Source: a virus
Lineage: Duplodnaviria > Caudoviricetes
DNA length: 64,000 bases
Virus record (IMG/VR): IMGVR_UViG_3300020029_000569
Span: 28,207 to 92,206 of that record
Strand: one strand, 5' to 3'
Shown: positions 1 through 10,643 of the stretch, one piece after another
Layout of the letters: the number at the start of each line of letters is the position of its first letter
Numbering within the stretch: the stretch's first letter is position 1
Made by a program: the position numbers and the translations under genes
Notes under the pieces: model-generated
The model's database searches: none
The model's input: only the letters and a program-made list of their open reading frames with translations
Told to the model about the DNA's origin: nothing

Positions 1-572
1 CGTCCCTCTTTTTTTAACGCTTCATCCAAAGAAGTATATTCCCTTTCTATTTGAGCAAGTACTTCGTTGTATTGCCTTTCCGTTTCCTCTAATTCGTTTA
101 ATGTTTGAGTACGGCTTTTTAAATCGCCATCTTTTACGCTTTCCCTATTCATTGCCTGACGGTTACAGGCAGATATATGTTCGGCCAATGATATTGCCCT
201 TGCAAATAATCTATTCTTTTGGGATTGGATATAGGCATCTGTAACCTTGACAAATAATTCAGTATTAGAACGGATAGCCGTAAGTTCAACATCTTCACTT
301 ATTTGAATTTTGCTTTCTGTAAGTATGGAATTACATATTTCAACTTTTACAGTACGCCTATCCTTATCCATATTCATTATCCAACTACATTTATTTGAAT
401 AAGCAAGTATGATAAATGCACTAAGAAAATCAGAATCTTTTGGGTTATCAAATGTTTCATATATCGGATTGAAAAGAAAATGGATATTGTATTGTTTCAA
501 TAACGCTCTCATATATCCCGAACTGTTTAATTCAGATAATGTATCAATTAAAACTTCATATATTTTTTTCAT
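1..572 (-). CDS. Hypothetical phage protein, runs off the window edge (MKKIYEVLIDTLSELNSSGY...)
   Basis: Hand translation: open frame from ATG at 572 to the window edge; ATGA overlap with the stop of 569..859. Not in the supplied ORF track. Confidence 0.7.
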   Translation of the reverse strand, partial: MKKIYEVLIDTLSELNSSGYMRALLKQYNIHFLFNPIYETFDNPKDSDFLSAFIILAYSNKCSWIMNMDKDRRTVKVEICNSILTESKIQISEDVELTAIRSNTELFVKVTDAYIQSQKNRLFARAISLAEHISACNRQAMNRESVKDGDLKSRTQTLNELEETERQYNEVLAQIEREYTSLDEALKKEG

Positions 573-859
573 ATTATCTTTTCTTGTTTTGCTATTTTAA
601 TTATTGACCGAGTGTATAACTGAGTGAATGTAATTCCGTATATCTTATTCACCATTTCAAAAAACTTCTCTTGTGTTCTGTTAAGACATACATCGCTTCT
701 TGTCCTGCCTTCTACTAATTCTATTGTACCAATGTTGTCAAAATCTTTTTTCATTTCTAAAATAATTTCGTCATTCAATTCTTGCGAAGTGAATCCCTTT
801 TCTATCAGCTTCTTTTTTATTATAATGACATTATTGGGCAATTTCATTTGTTGCGGCAT
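569..859 (-). CDS. Hypothetical protein
   Basis: 96-aa ORF; TACTTTTG box on the minus strand at 878-885 just upstream. Confidence 0.6.
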   Translation of the reverse strand: MPQQMKLPNNVIIIKKKLIEKGFTSQELNDEIILEMKKDFDNIGTIELVEGRTRSDVCLNRTQEKFFEMVNKIYGITFTQLYTRSIIKIAKQEKII

Positions 860-877
860 CGGAAAATATCTATGTTA

Positions 878-924
878 CAAAAGTACATATATTATTTTGC
901 AATAAAAACAACTATCTACATTTG
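878..924. promoter_or_regulatory. Divergent Bacteroidota-type sigma promoters (-7 TAnnTTTG boxes)
   Basis: TACATTTG at 917-924 (+) before 943; TACTTTTG at 885-878 (-) before 859. Confidence 0.6.
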
Positions 925-942
925 TTTTGAAATTAATTACAA

Positions 943-2076
943 GTGGAAGATACAGTAACAAATACAGCAGCCGAAACACAAGTAGCACCACAAAATACTA
1001 CTACCGAACAAGCAGCACCACAAGCAACTACAACTACTACTGAAACAGCAGCAGGAACAGTTGATACTGAAACCACAGCAACTCCCGAAAGTACATCAGC
1101 AGCACCTACCGAAACTTCAACAGAAGAACAAGGAAGTGAAACAGCAACTCCGCAAGCAGTAGCACCCGCACCTAAAAAAAGTATCGAAGATATTTTAAAG
1201 GAAAACGGATACGAAGAAGAATTGCAAGTACTCCAAAACGCAAAGCAACAAAAGCAGAAAGAAGCAGAAGAAGCGGAAAAGCCATTTTCAGAAACTAAAG
1301 AATGGGCAGCTTTAATTGACTTTAGCGCAAAAAACAAATTGGCAAACGCAGATGACTTTATCGAACACAAAAAAATTAATGCAGAAAGTAATCAAACTTT
1401 GGCATTTGAAAAATTCAAAAGCGAATTTGTAGCACCCGAAGGAAGCGAAGAACTCGAAGCGTCTGAACTGAATGAATTAATTACAGAACAGTTTAATGAA
1501 AAGTTTTTTATCAATAGCGAAAATGAAGCCCTAAAGAAAATTGGAGAAAAAGAATTAGAATCTTTTGCCAATGAAGTTAGGAAACCGATAAACGAAAAAA
1601 TAGCAGTTGCTCAAAATCGTTTCGCTACTACGGCAATGTATCAACAACACCAAAAGGCACTTACTGAATTTAATAAGAATCCTCAAACGATAACTACTAA
1701 GTTCAAAGACGATGCAGGTAATGAAATTGAACTTTCAGTTGACATAACTCCTACGCTCGAACAAGCAGAAGTTGATACTTACCTTAAATCAGAAGAAGCA
1801 AGTCCCGTACTTAAAATGATTTTTGAATCATTCACAAAGGATAGGGAACAAGGTGATAAGGGGTACGGTGCAGTACTGTCATATTTGCATCAGCAAAAAT
1901 CAAAGGATATTATATCCCAAAAGATAGCTGAAAAGGCATACGAAAAAGGACTTGAAAAAGCTAAAGGATTAGCAGCAGGGGCTAAAAAGCCATTTAATTC
2001 AAAAGAAAATGCAACTCCCGAAACTACATCAGAAGAAAAACCATTAAGACAATATAGCGGAGGAAAATTCGCTTAA
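943..2076 (+). CDS. Putative capsid scaffolding/assembly protein
   Basis: Acidic, T/E/A-rich disordered N-terminus, helical body; immediately upstream of the capsid gene. Confidence 0.55.
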   Translation: MEDTVTNTAAETQVAPQNTTTEQAAPQATTTTTETAAGTVDTETTATPESTSAAPTETSTEEQGSETATPQAVAPAPKKSIEDILKENGYEEELQVLQNAKQQKQKEAEEAEKPFSETKEWAALIDFSAKNKLANADDFIEHKKINAESNQTLAFEKFKSEFVAPEGSEELEASELNELITEQFNEKFFINSENEALKKIGEKELESFANEVRKPINEKIAVAQNRFATTAMYQQHQKALTEFNKNPQTITTKFKDDAGNEIELSVDITPTLEQAEVDTYLKSEEASPVLKMIFESFTKDREQGDKGYGAVLSYLHQQKSKDIISQKIAEKAYEKGLEKAKGLAAGAKKPFNSKENATPETTSEEKPLRQYSGGKFA

Positions 2077-2111
2077 AACATATTTAAAACAAAAAATTAA
2101 AATTTAAAATT

Positions 2112-3590
2112 ATGGCTTGCGCAATAGAAAATTACACTACGGAACAATGTATCACTGAGGGTTTTCCTATTTATGACCAATATGCAGATATTTTACTCCA
2201 ACCAGACGTAAGAGAAGCAGCAATTAAACGTGGCAACTTGCCTAATTTCATGCTGTATCTTCAAGATTGGCGTAGAGGTTTGTTGGGTGGTTCATCCATG
2301 TCAAGCGAGCGCGTAGTAAAAACAAGGACGTATATGTGGGAAGAAATGAACTACCATAATAATCCTTATCTGTTTACTATCGAAAAGGAACAGTCAGCAG
2401 GTGCGCCCGGTGCGCCCGTAACGGCTACTATCATTCGTCCCGTAGGTTCGGAAGGTCAAACAGCACCCGCAACAGGATATACAGCGTTTGCTAACGTAGC
2501 AGGTGCTATCGTTCAAGTTCGTATTACAGACGTTACTGATGACCAAATCCAATTAACGCCAATTAACGGTCAAGCATTGGATTTTACAGCAGAAAATACT
2601 ACATTCACGTTTGATCCAAACTATGTGTATGATGGAAACTGTGAAAACCCAATTCCTACAACGGGATGGCAACAAACACAAATGCAAATTGGTACAGGTA
2701 CTATTCAAACATACGAAAATGGTAAATGTATCTGTGATAACGCATTGACGCACTACGGGTATAACTTCATACCTAAGAAAATGCAAATGCAAGACCCATT
2801 GACAGGCGGGTGGTTAGATACATGGTGTTTGCCAAATGCAGTACAAGACATCGTTACAGAAGGTATGTTCTACGGTCAATTTGTACAAATGATGTTTGGT
2901 CAGTATGACTTTACGCAAGACGCAGGTATCAACGGTTTAATTCCTTCTATCCTTTCACAGGGTGGATTCAATATGCCTATCAATACTTCCGATGCGAAAT
3001 CAATGCTTGCGAGTTTGAAGATTATTGCGATGGAGTACTATCGTTTAAATATCAAATCATTTGATTTGTGGTGCGATATTACAATGTACACTAACCTTAA
3101 TCAAGGACTTGCTGAATTAATTGGGCCAAATAACTTTAGTTTGCCAATTTGGAACGGTGATGCAAAAGGTAATGCAGTAGCCGATTCAGGTAGCGGTCAT
3201 ATCGAATGGTACGGTTTCCGTTCTTTAGGAAATCTGTTGGGTATGGATATTGATGTTCGTATCAATGTAATTCAAGGATGGGAACAAATGAGCCTTTTCC
3301 AAGTGTACAAAGATTTCGCTATCCTGATGCCAAATACTCCATACATGACACAAGATGGTGCTGCAATTCCACAAATTGAAATCACTCGTTTGGCAGGTTG
3401 TGAAGCATGGCAGGTTGCACCAAGAAACTCTTATGGTAGCCGTATGTGGTACTATGATTTCAGACAACAAGGTGGTAGAAAACTTGAAATTTATGGCAAA
3501 AATGAATTTGGCATGGACATTCACGGGTTGCCATTCATGGGTATTTTAACAGGTAATCAATGTCCTTTAAATTACCAAGTGGTAGCGTAA
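2112..3590 (+). CDS. Major capsid protein (crAss-like size and position)
   Basis: 492 aa; codon usage looks highly expressed; follows the scaffold-like gene; YMWEE segment in the N-terminal part. Confidence 0.7.
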   Translation: MACAIENYTTEQCITEGFPIYDQYADILLQPDVREAAIKRGNLPNFMLYLQDWRRGLLGGSSMSSERVVKTRTYMWEEMNYHNNPYLFTIEKEQSAGAPGAPVTATIIRPVGSEGQTAPATGYTAFANVAGAIVQVRITDVTDDQIQLTPINGQALDFTAENTTFTFDPNYVYDGNCENPIPTTGWQQTQMQIGTGTIQTYENGKCICDNALTHYGYNFIPKKMQMQDPLTGGWLDTWCLPNAVQDIVTEGMFYGQFVQMMFGQYDFTQDAGINGLIPSILSQGGFNMPINTSDAKSMLASLKIIAMEYYRLNIKSFDLWCDITMYTNLNQGLAELIGPNNFSLPIWNGDAKGNAVADSGSGHIEWYGFRSLGNLLGMDIDVRINVIQGWEQMSLFQVYKDFAILMPNTPYMTQDGAAIPQIEITRLAGCEAWQVAPRNSYGSRMWYYDFRQQGGRKLEIYGKNEFGMDIHGLPFMGILTGNQCPLNYQVVA

Positions 3591-3628
3591 TCAATTAAAC
3601 ATTTAACTATTAAACCAAATATAAAAAA

Positions 3629-4558
3629 ATGTCAGTAATACAATTACATATTTCCCCAAACAAAAAACCCGTAGAGCGTATATCTAATGGGATTGTGGAT
3701 AGCAAAACAGGTGAGTACAAAGGCAGACAAAACATAAAAAGTTTGCGTTACCCACCAAAGCAATTCATACCATACAGCTATACAGCCTATGTGCAGAAGA
3801 TTGATGATGGGGCAAATTATAAAGGTCAAATTAAGTTCTTATCATTAAATGAAGAAGGTGGTGAGTTTATGGAAATTCGATATTTGCAAGGATGTCCTTC
3901 TCTTGACAGAAAATGGCAAGAAGCAAAAGGATACAAACCCGTAAATGCAAAAGACGGAATGGGTGAGTTTTTTCAAGGGGCTACTTTTGTAGATATTCCC
4001 GAAGAACCAACTAATTTGTTATACCGAATGATGATTAGTAATCACCCTAACAACAGTGATAACCCACATCGTCCAAAAACATCGCCTGTTTACTTTAAAG
4101 TTCGTAATGGCAAAAATGATGTAGACTCAAGGAAAGCTAAAATGCTTTATGAAAAGAAATTGGCAGACTTCAAATTAGACCTTGCAACAGACGATAATAC
4201 GGCAGAAGTATTCTCAATTATCTACAAGATAAAACCCGAATACGAACTGAACGTAAGACGAGAAAAGGTAATGGAGAAGTTTGATGAACCTAATGGAGTT
4301 GAGAGCGTAATGAAAAGAGCAAGTGATTTCTTTGAAGCATTGCAAAATACATTCCAACACTATTTGAATAACAATGTTATTGAGGTAGTAAAAGAAGAAG
4401 TTATTTTCAAAGCAGACAAAAAACCATTAGGACTTTCAGTTAAGTTAGGTGCTAATCCTGAAAAGTACGCAGAACTATTCGTAAAAAAATGTAATAAAGA
4501 CCACGAAATATTATCAGCGTGGTTGGAAATTGAAAAAAAATTAAACAACAAAAATTAA
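3629..4558 (+). CDS. Conserved structural-module protein downstream of MCP
   Basis: 309-aa ORF with a HPNN motif; synteny resembles crAss-like capsid modules. Confidence 0.5.
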   Translation: MSVIQLHISPNKKPVERISNGIVDSKTGEYKGRQNIKSLRYPPKQFIPYSYTAYVQKIDDGANYKGQIKFLSLNEEGGEFMEIRYLQGCPSLDRKWQEAKGYKPVNAKDGMGEFFQGATFVDIPEEPTNLLYRMMISNHPNNSDNPHRPKTSPVYFKVRNGKNDVDSRKAKMLYEKKLADFKLDLATDDNTAEVFSIIYKIKPEYELNVRREKVMEKFDEPNGVESVMKRASDFFEALQNTFQHYLNNNVIEVVKEEVIFKADKKPLGLSVKLGANPEKYAELFVKKCNKDHEILSAWLEIEKKLNNKN

Positions 4559-4572
4559 AAATTTAATATATT

Positions 4573-5187
4573 ATGGCAACAGTAACTAATGGCTTCAAAA
4601 TTTGGGATTCAACTAACTTTATTAGCTGCTGCTCCGCAGGTAGCGGTTCAGGAGACCCTTCAAATGTCATTCAATGCGGTGAAGGTTGGAATCCAAGACC
4701 AGCGCAAATAACCCCCAAATATAATTGTGATATTGGTACAATAACATGGTTTTTGAATGACAACATTACTGGGTCATATCCATCGGTAGATGGTGCAAGA
4801 AACGGTATTGCAGTCACCAATCCAATGACAAATGAAGTTACTCTTTGGGACGTAACAGGTTCTACACCTGCCGAAAAACTTGCAGAATTTTTGCCGATTT
4901 GTAATTGTACGGACTGTACAGGTAATGTGGATTCATTAGCAGGCGAGTACGAATGTGATTACCCAGATGTTCCTGTGGATGCTTATTGCTATAATGTTGT
5001 ATTCGTAGGTGACGGACGAGACAATACATTGAAACTATTTGCAATGAGATATAACGCATACCTAGTAGGCTATCCATTCCAAACAGCTTACAACCCTACA
5101 ACCGGCAGCACAACTTATAGAGTTTGTCTGAACAGACCTATTGCACAAATAGGAAATCCATCAAGTCAAACTTGGACGTTGGTTTAA
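4573..5187 (+). CDS. Cys-rich virion protein (auxiliary capsid/decoration candidate)
   Basis: 204 aa; last gene before the terminator of the capsid operon. Confidence 0.45.
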   Translation: MATVTNGFKIWDSTNFISCCSAGSGSGDPSNVIQCGEGWNPRPAQITPKYNCDIGTITWFLNDNITGSYPSVDGARNGIAVTNPMTNEVTLWDVTGSTPAEKLAEFLPICNCTDCTGNVDSLAGEYECDYPDVPVDAYCYNVVFVGDGRDNTLKLFAMRYNAYLVGYPFQTAYNPTTGSTTYRVCLNRPIAQIGNPSSQTWTLV

Positions 5188-5214
5188 TAGGGGTATTTTA
5201 ATATTTACCACCGT

Positions 5215-5248
5215 TGGGGTTGCCGTGAACGGTAGCCCCATTTTTTTT
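5215..5248 (+). terminator. Rho-independent terminator
   Basis: GGGGTTGCCG-tgaa-CGGTAGCCCC stem-loop followed by A and T8. Confidence 0.8.
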
Positions 5249-5271
5249 AAATAACACAAAATTAAAATGTA

Positions 5272-8130
5272 ATGGCCTGTACAAATCCTATATACATAAA
5301 TACAACAAACGTAGACAACTTTGGGTTTTCTACAACATTTAGTCCATACGGATTAGCACCTATAACGCCAAGTGTAACCTTTGATATTGATGGTTATACG
5401 GAATTTAAAGCAGGTGGTGAAGCTAACATTACCCAAATTAATTTTGAAGTTCTTGATCCGCAAGAAAATACATACACCGCTACTATAAACCCATCATTAT
5501 CAGAAACAATGGTAACGATAGAAAACCTTGTAGGTGGACTTTTGTATTTTGGTACTTATCATATCAAAGGGACATTAATAGAGGCGAATGCAAGTACTTA
5601 TGTTATAGAGTTTGATGTTGAAGTATGTGATAGTAATTTGTTAGGTGGAAACTCAAACAACTTTATACAAGGTTGCATAAATGCAGAAGCAAACTGCGTA
5701 ACAGCAAAACTTACAATTACCGACCAAAACAGTTATATCTACAATAAGAAAACACCCGAATTTGTAGAGTATGAAGCAAAAATGTGGTTGCCTAATAACC
5801 CTGACGGTGGACTTGAAGAATTTAACTTTAATGATTTACCATACGTTAAAACACTCGCAGGGTATTACACAGGGGTTTATCAAATATCAGTCACATCGGT
5901 AGCGACATACGCTCTTAATTGCGGTGCTTTTTTAGCAATTACATATAAGAGCGCATTGACTAAAACTATTGATTGTACAGCAGCTATATGTGAATTGAAT
6001 TGTTGTTGGGCAGAAAGTAATCAGATAGCAGCAAGTGGTGGACAGAAAGCAGGACAAATGCAAGAAAAAGTAGATGCCGCCACTCCTTATTATTTAGAAG
6101 CATTTGGTAATTATTTCTGTGGTAAAAATGCAGAAAAAGCCATTGCTAAAGTAAATGAAATTTTAGGGTGTAGCTGTACTTGCAGACAATACGTTATTCA
6201 ACCCGCACCAATAACATTAGGCACAGCAAATGTATTTGGAGAGTGCGGCACAGTAGTTGAATTAGACGACAATGGAGATATTCGTATTCATTCATTAGCC
6301 TATTCAATTACAAAAGGAGACCCTTCCGATTTAGGGTATAGCATAGTGACAACTCAAATAAATGATTGTACAAAACGTACAGTAATTAGTTTTGACTACA
6401 ATGTATTACAACAAAACATTCTGAACGCTATTGCTAACAACCCACAATATATTTTGAATTGGCAGGAAGTGTTAGGGATTACAGATTGTCCTTGCGATGG
6501 AGTTCAAATAGACAATGGTGCTTCGTTAGTTACGTTAAATACACAAAGTCCTGATTTTACTACATTGGAAGATACATACTTCGTAAAAAACGATATACTG
6601 ACAGGCGTAGAATACAAAGACGAAACAACTATTGTCGGTGGTACTATTGATTACATAAAATACACAGACCAAATCATTCAGCAATCGGGAGTGCTTCAAA
6701 ACGCAGGTGGCAATATCACATTACCTTGTGGTGTTTGTGGAGAAAACATTACTGACTTATCGGGATATAAATTAATTACAGAAACGCATACTACTTGCGG
6801 ATGTGTGGAGATGAAACAATGCGACCTTGAAACGCCTTATGTTGATTATAGTGAAAGATATGGATTTGCTTATAGATTTAATCCACAAATTGAAGAACCT
6901 TGTTATACTACATATACAGAAGTAATTGACGGAGACCCTTATACCATGTATAAAATTTACTTTGGAGATACTGAAAATGATAGTTCATGGGCAGCTATAA
7001 GGGTAGCAATATTAAAAGTAGATAATGTAGGTGTAGTGTCATTGCATGAGACAAGAACGGTAATAGGTGCAGACTTTAATGACATAGATACTCCAACAAC
7101 AAATAATACATGGGGCAATCAAGTGGCACTTAATAGACCAAGTTCTGTGAATTTAGATTTTGATGAAATTGTAAACGGAGAACCCGTATTATATTTTTCT
7201 ACTTTTGGAGGCTATATATGTCGTGCAGTACGGGAAAGAAGTAGCGAGTGTGATGAAAGAGCAAATTGGAAGGTATATGTAATTGCAACTACAAGCGGTA
7301 GTTTGTATGGTGTAAAGAAATTTATTATTGATTCAAGCGGGAATAGATCATTTATATTTTACAACAACTCAACACAAAAGTTATATTCACTGACGTATGA
7401 TAACATCGGTTCAAAAAACGATTCTGCAAATTGGATAGTTACTGACTTAAACATATCATGTATAGGTACGGGTGCAAATTTTAATATAGAATTGACTAAG
7501 AATTGGATATTTGTGTTAAGCGAAGGGGCTGTTAATTTAGTAATATACACGGGCGGCACTTTGATAGCGAATATTGCCAATCCTGCCAATTATAGTTCTT
7601 ATGTGATGTGTGGTAATTTGTCAGCAACAGCAACCTCGTATATTGACGGAGATGGATTGACAGCAACAATATGGAAACCCACATGGATTCAGAAAATAGT
7701 AGTAGGTGGTGATGATAGATATTATTTTGGAAATATTGACCCTGATATTACCAACAACTATATTAAATTATCTTATGTAAGATATGTAGAACTAAGAGGC
7801 GACCCTACAACAACAGCAGATTGGGAATTTAATACTGATATAGTAGTTAACAACAATTCAATATTAGCAGGTGGTACATGGAATCCAGATGTAAGTAGTA
7901 ATGTAAACGGTGCAAGTCAAGGTATGTTTGTTTTAGGCGGCACAGGTTCAATAGCAGTGTCAATGCTGTTCTATGGTATTAAATTGTTTAATTTTACAAC
8001 TCATACAGTTTCTTTATTATCAGGACAAGCAACAGCAAACGGCAATTTGCAAACAAGCCTATTCATGGATTCTCAGTGGAGTTATGATTTAACTAATTGC
8101 GAAGGTGGTGGTAGTGGTAGTGGGGAATAA
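5272..8130 (+). CDS. Large Cys-rich virion/tail protein, beta-rich C-terminal half
   Basis: 952 aa; many CxC/CC motifs; within the structural module. Confidence 0.5.
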   Translation: MACTNPIYINTTNVDNFGFSTTFSPYGLAPITPSVTFDIDGYTEFKAGGEANITQINFEVLDPQENTYTATINPSLSETMVTIENLVGGLLYFGTYHIKGTLIEANASTYVIEFDVEVCDSNLLGGNSNNFIQGCINAEANCVTAKLTITDQNSYIYNKKTPEFVEYEAKMWLPNNPDGGLEEFNFNDLPYVKTLAGYYTGVYQISVTSVATYALNCGAFLAITYKSALTKTIDCTAAICELNCCWAESNQIAASGGQKAGQMQEKVDAATPYYLEAFGNYFCGKNAEKAIAKVNEILGCSCTCRQYVIQPAPITLGTANVFGECGTVVELDDNGDIRIHSLAYSITKGDPSDLGYSIVTTQINDCTKRTVISFDYNVLQQNILNAIANNPQYILNWQEVLGITDCPCDGVQIDNGASLVTLNTQSPDFTTLEDTYFVKNDILTGVEYKDETTIVGGTIDYIKYTDQIIQQSGVLQNAGGNITLPCGVCGENITDLSGYKLITETHTTCGCVEMKQCDLETPYVDYSERYGFAYRFNPQIEEPCYTTYTEVIDGDPYTMYKIYFGDTENDSSWAAIRVAILKVDNVGVVSLHETRTVIGADFNDIDTPTTNNTWGNQVALNRPSSVNLDFDEIVNGEPVLYFSTFGGYICRAVRERSSECDERANWKVYVIATTSGSLYGVKKFIIDSSGNRSFIFYNNSTQKLYSLTYDNIGSKNDSANWIVTDLNISCIGTGANFNIELTKNWIFVLSEGAVNLVIYTGGTLIANIANPANYSSYVMCGNLSATATSYIDGDGLTATIWKPTWIQKIVVGGDDRYYFGNIDPDITNNYIKLSYVRYVELRGDPTTTADWEFNTDIVVNNNSILAGGTWNPDVSSNVNGASQGMFVLGGTGSIAVSMLFYGIKLFNFTTHTVSLLSGQATANGNLQTSLFMDSQWSYDLTNCEGGGSGSGE

Positions 8131-8141
8131 ACAATAATATT

Positions 8142-8906
8142 ATGGCAAACAATATAGTTACATTTCAAGAGTTAGTATTAGAGTGCGTGCATCTATCAAT
8201 GAATCACGATCAAAATGCACAATTACCACCACAGATAATTTCGGTAGCTACAAGACTTTCAACGGATTTTATACTTTCAGAATTAGTCAGAGTATTCCCG
8301 TATTCAACGTCTATTCTTGACAAAGGAAGACCATTCCTTAAAAGAAAATTAGTTTCAGTAGTAGATGGGATTGCCACTTTTCCTGACGATTATAGAGATA
8401 TTTTACAAATAAGTATTGCAACTAATAAAAGTGCAACAAGTGGTTGCAATTGTGGTGAAGAAGTTGATGAATGCTATAAAGTTGACGACCATTGCACTCC
8501 CGTTGAAAAAGCACCAATAAGAAAAGAAAAGTGTTATTTTGTAAAGGTAAATATCGTAGATAATGATGCTTACGCTGATGCTACAACAAGCGAACTAATA
8601 CCACCAACATTAAAGAACCCTATTGGAATGTTTATTAATAGGCAACAGTTTAAAATATGCCCTGTTGATGGAATTTCACATATCGAAATAATCTATATTA
8701 AGCATCCTTTAAAGTATAATATAGGTTATACAATCATGCCAGACGACACATGGCAAATTGACCCTGCAACAACTATTGAACCCGAATGGGAACGTACTGT
8801 AAACCCCGAATTGTTTAAATGTATAACTTCACTTTTAGGACTTCATGTAAGAGATGGAAATTTTATACAATGGAATAATGAATTGAAAAAAATAGGAATG
8901 TTTTAA
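8142..8906 (+). CDS. Tail tubular/ring (adaptor) protein candidate
   Basis: 254 aa; ATFPDDY and IIYIKHP segments recall podovirus/crAss ring proteins. Confidence 0.5.
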   Translation: MANNIVTFQELVLECVHLSMNHDQNAQLPPQIISVATRLSTDFILSELVRVFPYSTSILDKGRPFLKRKLVSVVDGIATFPDDYRDILQISIATNKSATSGCNCGEEVDECYKVDDHCTPVEKAPIRKEKCYFVKVNIVDNDAYADATTSELIPPTLKNPIGMFINRQQFKICPVDGISHIEIIYIKHPLKYNIGYTIMPDDTWQIDPATTIEPEWERTVNPELFKCITSLLGLHVRDGNFIQWNNELKKIGMF

Positions 8907-8941
8907 TTATCTTTGTAATCAACAAAAAACTATAATAAAAA

Positions 8942-9052
8942 ATGGAAAATCTAACAAGCAAATCAAAAATCTTCATCGAAGAAGCGTGTGGTAGTTGTGG
9001 TGGAAAGAAACCAAGTACTTACCCAAGACCACCTAAAAAACCAACACGATAA
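8942..9052 (+). CDS. 36-aa CxxC, Pro/Lys-rich peptide (MENLTSKSKIFIEEACGSCGGKKPSTYPRPPKKPTR)
   Basis: Hand translation; TATCTTTG box at 8908-8915 upstream; stop overlaps the next ATG. Confidence 0.55.
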   Translation: MENLTSKSKIFIEEACGSCGGKKPSTYPRPPKKPTR

Positions 9053-9687
9053 TGGAACACATTTGGCTATCATATATCATTCACTTTGTTATCTCTATCA
9101 TTGCAGGTAGTCTTTTCTGTATTGGTTTATTTCAAAGTGCGCAAGGGGAATCATCTATTAAACCTGACGGAAGCGAAAGTACCGATTGGGGAATGATTTT
9201 TTACCCAATCACTAAATTCCTTTCAAGGAAAAATTACATTGATATTTTCTACATTGGTTGGCAATTAGAAGATTTGTATAACCGTATCAAATGTGATTTT
9301 AGACAGCATAGCGATGTCATAGAAGCAATGGGAGTTACTGAAAGTGAAATAACAATTGGAAACCCTGATTTATTGCAAATGTGGGAAATGCTGATTTGTG
9401 ATATTAAAAAGAAATACAAAATAGAAGGTTATATCCAAGACGATAGAGTTTTATTTTACGAAACCTACGAACAGCCCGTTTTCGGAGGTTGGAGAAAACC
9501 GCTTCTATTATGCTACAAATGCTATGCTTCTATTTGGGGTACGATTATATTTATCCTAATGAGTATGTTTTCCATTAAAACGGGATTGATACCCAAAGAT
9601 TTTTATATTCTGATACCTATGTGGGTGATTTACGTTTTCTCATTGGTAGTGGCAAATATGTACTTAGAAAAAAAAGTAAGAGGGTAA
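9052..9687 (+). CDS. Membrane protein with CxxC motif
   Basis: Three hydrophobic segments; LLCYKCYASIWG motif. Confidence 0.6.
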   Translation: MEHIWLSYIIHFVISIIAGSLFCIGLFQSAQGESSIKPDGSESTDWGMIFYPITKFLSRKNYIDIFYIGWQLEDLYNRIKCDFRQHSDVIEAMGVTESEITIGNPDLLQMWEMLICDIKKKYKIEGYIQDDRVLFYETYEQPVFGGWRKPLLLCYKCYASIWGTIIFILMSMFSIKTGLIPKDFYILIPMWVIYVFSLVVANMYLEKKVRG

Positions 9688-9689
9688 CA

Positions 9690-10301
9690 ATGACAATTAT
9701 ACAAGGCGCAGAACTGATACAGCAACTCGTAAAAAACGGAGTTATTAGGGGTAAGGATACCCTTACAAGAGAAGTTTATGTGTACTTAGTTACCACCGCA
9801 AGGGATTACATTCTTTTTCAAAAGAAACAAGGTGGGGATATACTTACAACCAACGCATCGGTAGTAACCCAACCCAAAGAATACCAAATACAAAACAATA
9901 CCGTTATTCTCCCAAAAGGATATAACATACAAGGTATCACTTCACTCGAATTGCTGACTAAAGGAGGTAATTATTTAGATCATTCAATATTTCCATTATA
10001 CGCAGGTGCTAAAAATATAGTGGATAATATGTTTACCTATTACATTCCATTGGCAGGAAGTATCGAATTTAAAAACTTACCTTTTAATGCAGGAAAAGTA
10101 AGGATATATTCAGTAGCAGGTTCAGACATTAATGATAATGTAAGCAATGATATTATGTATTTAATCCTAAAAGAAGTAATGAAATTAGGACAAATGAGTG
10201 AAGAAAAACGAAAAGATACAAGTGCTGACGGAAACACTACCGATGATATTTTACAAGCACAAATCAGAACTCAAACCAATGTACCTAACCAAGTAGTGTA
10301 A
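9690..10301 (+). CDS. Tail ring/structural protein candidate
   Basis: Likely ATG at 9690, just after the upstream stop; in the tail module. Confidence 0.45.
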   Translation: MTIIQGAELIQQLVKNGVIRGKDTLTREVYVYLVTTARDYILFQKKQGGDILTTNASVVTQPKEYQIQNNTVILPKGYNIQGITSLELLTKGGNYLDHSIFPLYAGAKNIVDNMFTYYIPLAGSIEFKNLPFNAGKVRIYSVAGSDINDNVSNDIMYLILKEVMKLGQMSEEKRKDTSADGNTTDDILQAQIRTQTNVPNQVV

Positions 10302-10318
10302 ACTTTAAAACAAACAAA

Positions 10319-10642
10319 ATGGAAATTAGAGACTTTTACGGAAATGGAACAGTAATGGAAGAAACCGTTAAGGATATTGCTCCAAAAGTTCAAACTACAA
10401 TCACAGTAAGAGATAAAGAAATTTATCGTGAATTGCCAGAGGGTGCAACTATTACCGAAGAAAATGTAGATATTGTAGTTGAAGAAATAGAAAATGGATG
10501 GATGAAAACCGTTAACCGATATTGCCGATTTATGAAAAAAGAAGTGGACGGTGAAGAAGAATACGATTCGTACTACAATACCAAGAAATACTATTCAAAA
10601 AACAAACCAGTTGATATAGAACTAACCTACGCAGTTTCGTAA
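10319..10642 (+). CDS. Hypothetical acidic protein
   Basis: 107-aa ORF, tightly packed in the operon. Confidence 0.55.
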   Translation: MEIRDFYGNGTVMEETVKDIAPKVQTTITVRDKEIYRELPEGATITEENVDIVVEEIENGWMKTVNRYCRFMKKEVDGEEEYDSYYNTKKYYSKNKPVDIELTYAVS

Positions 10643-10643
10643 A

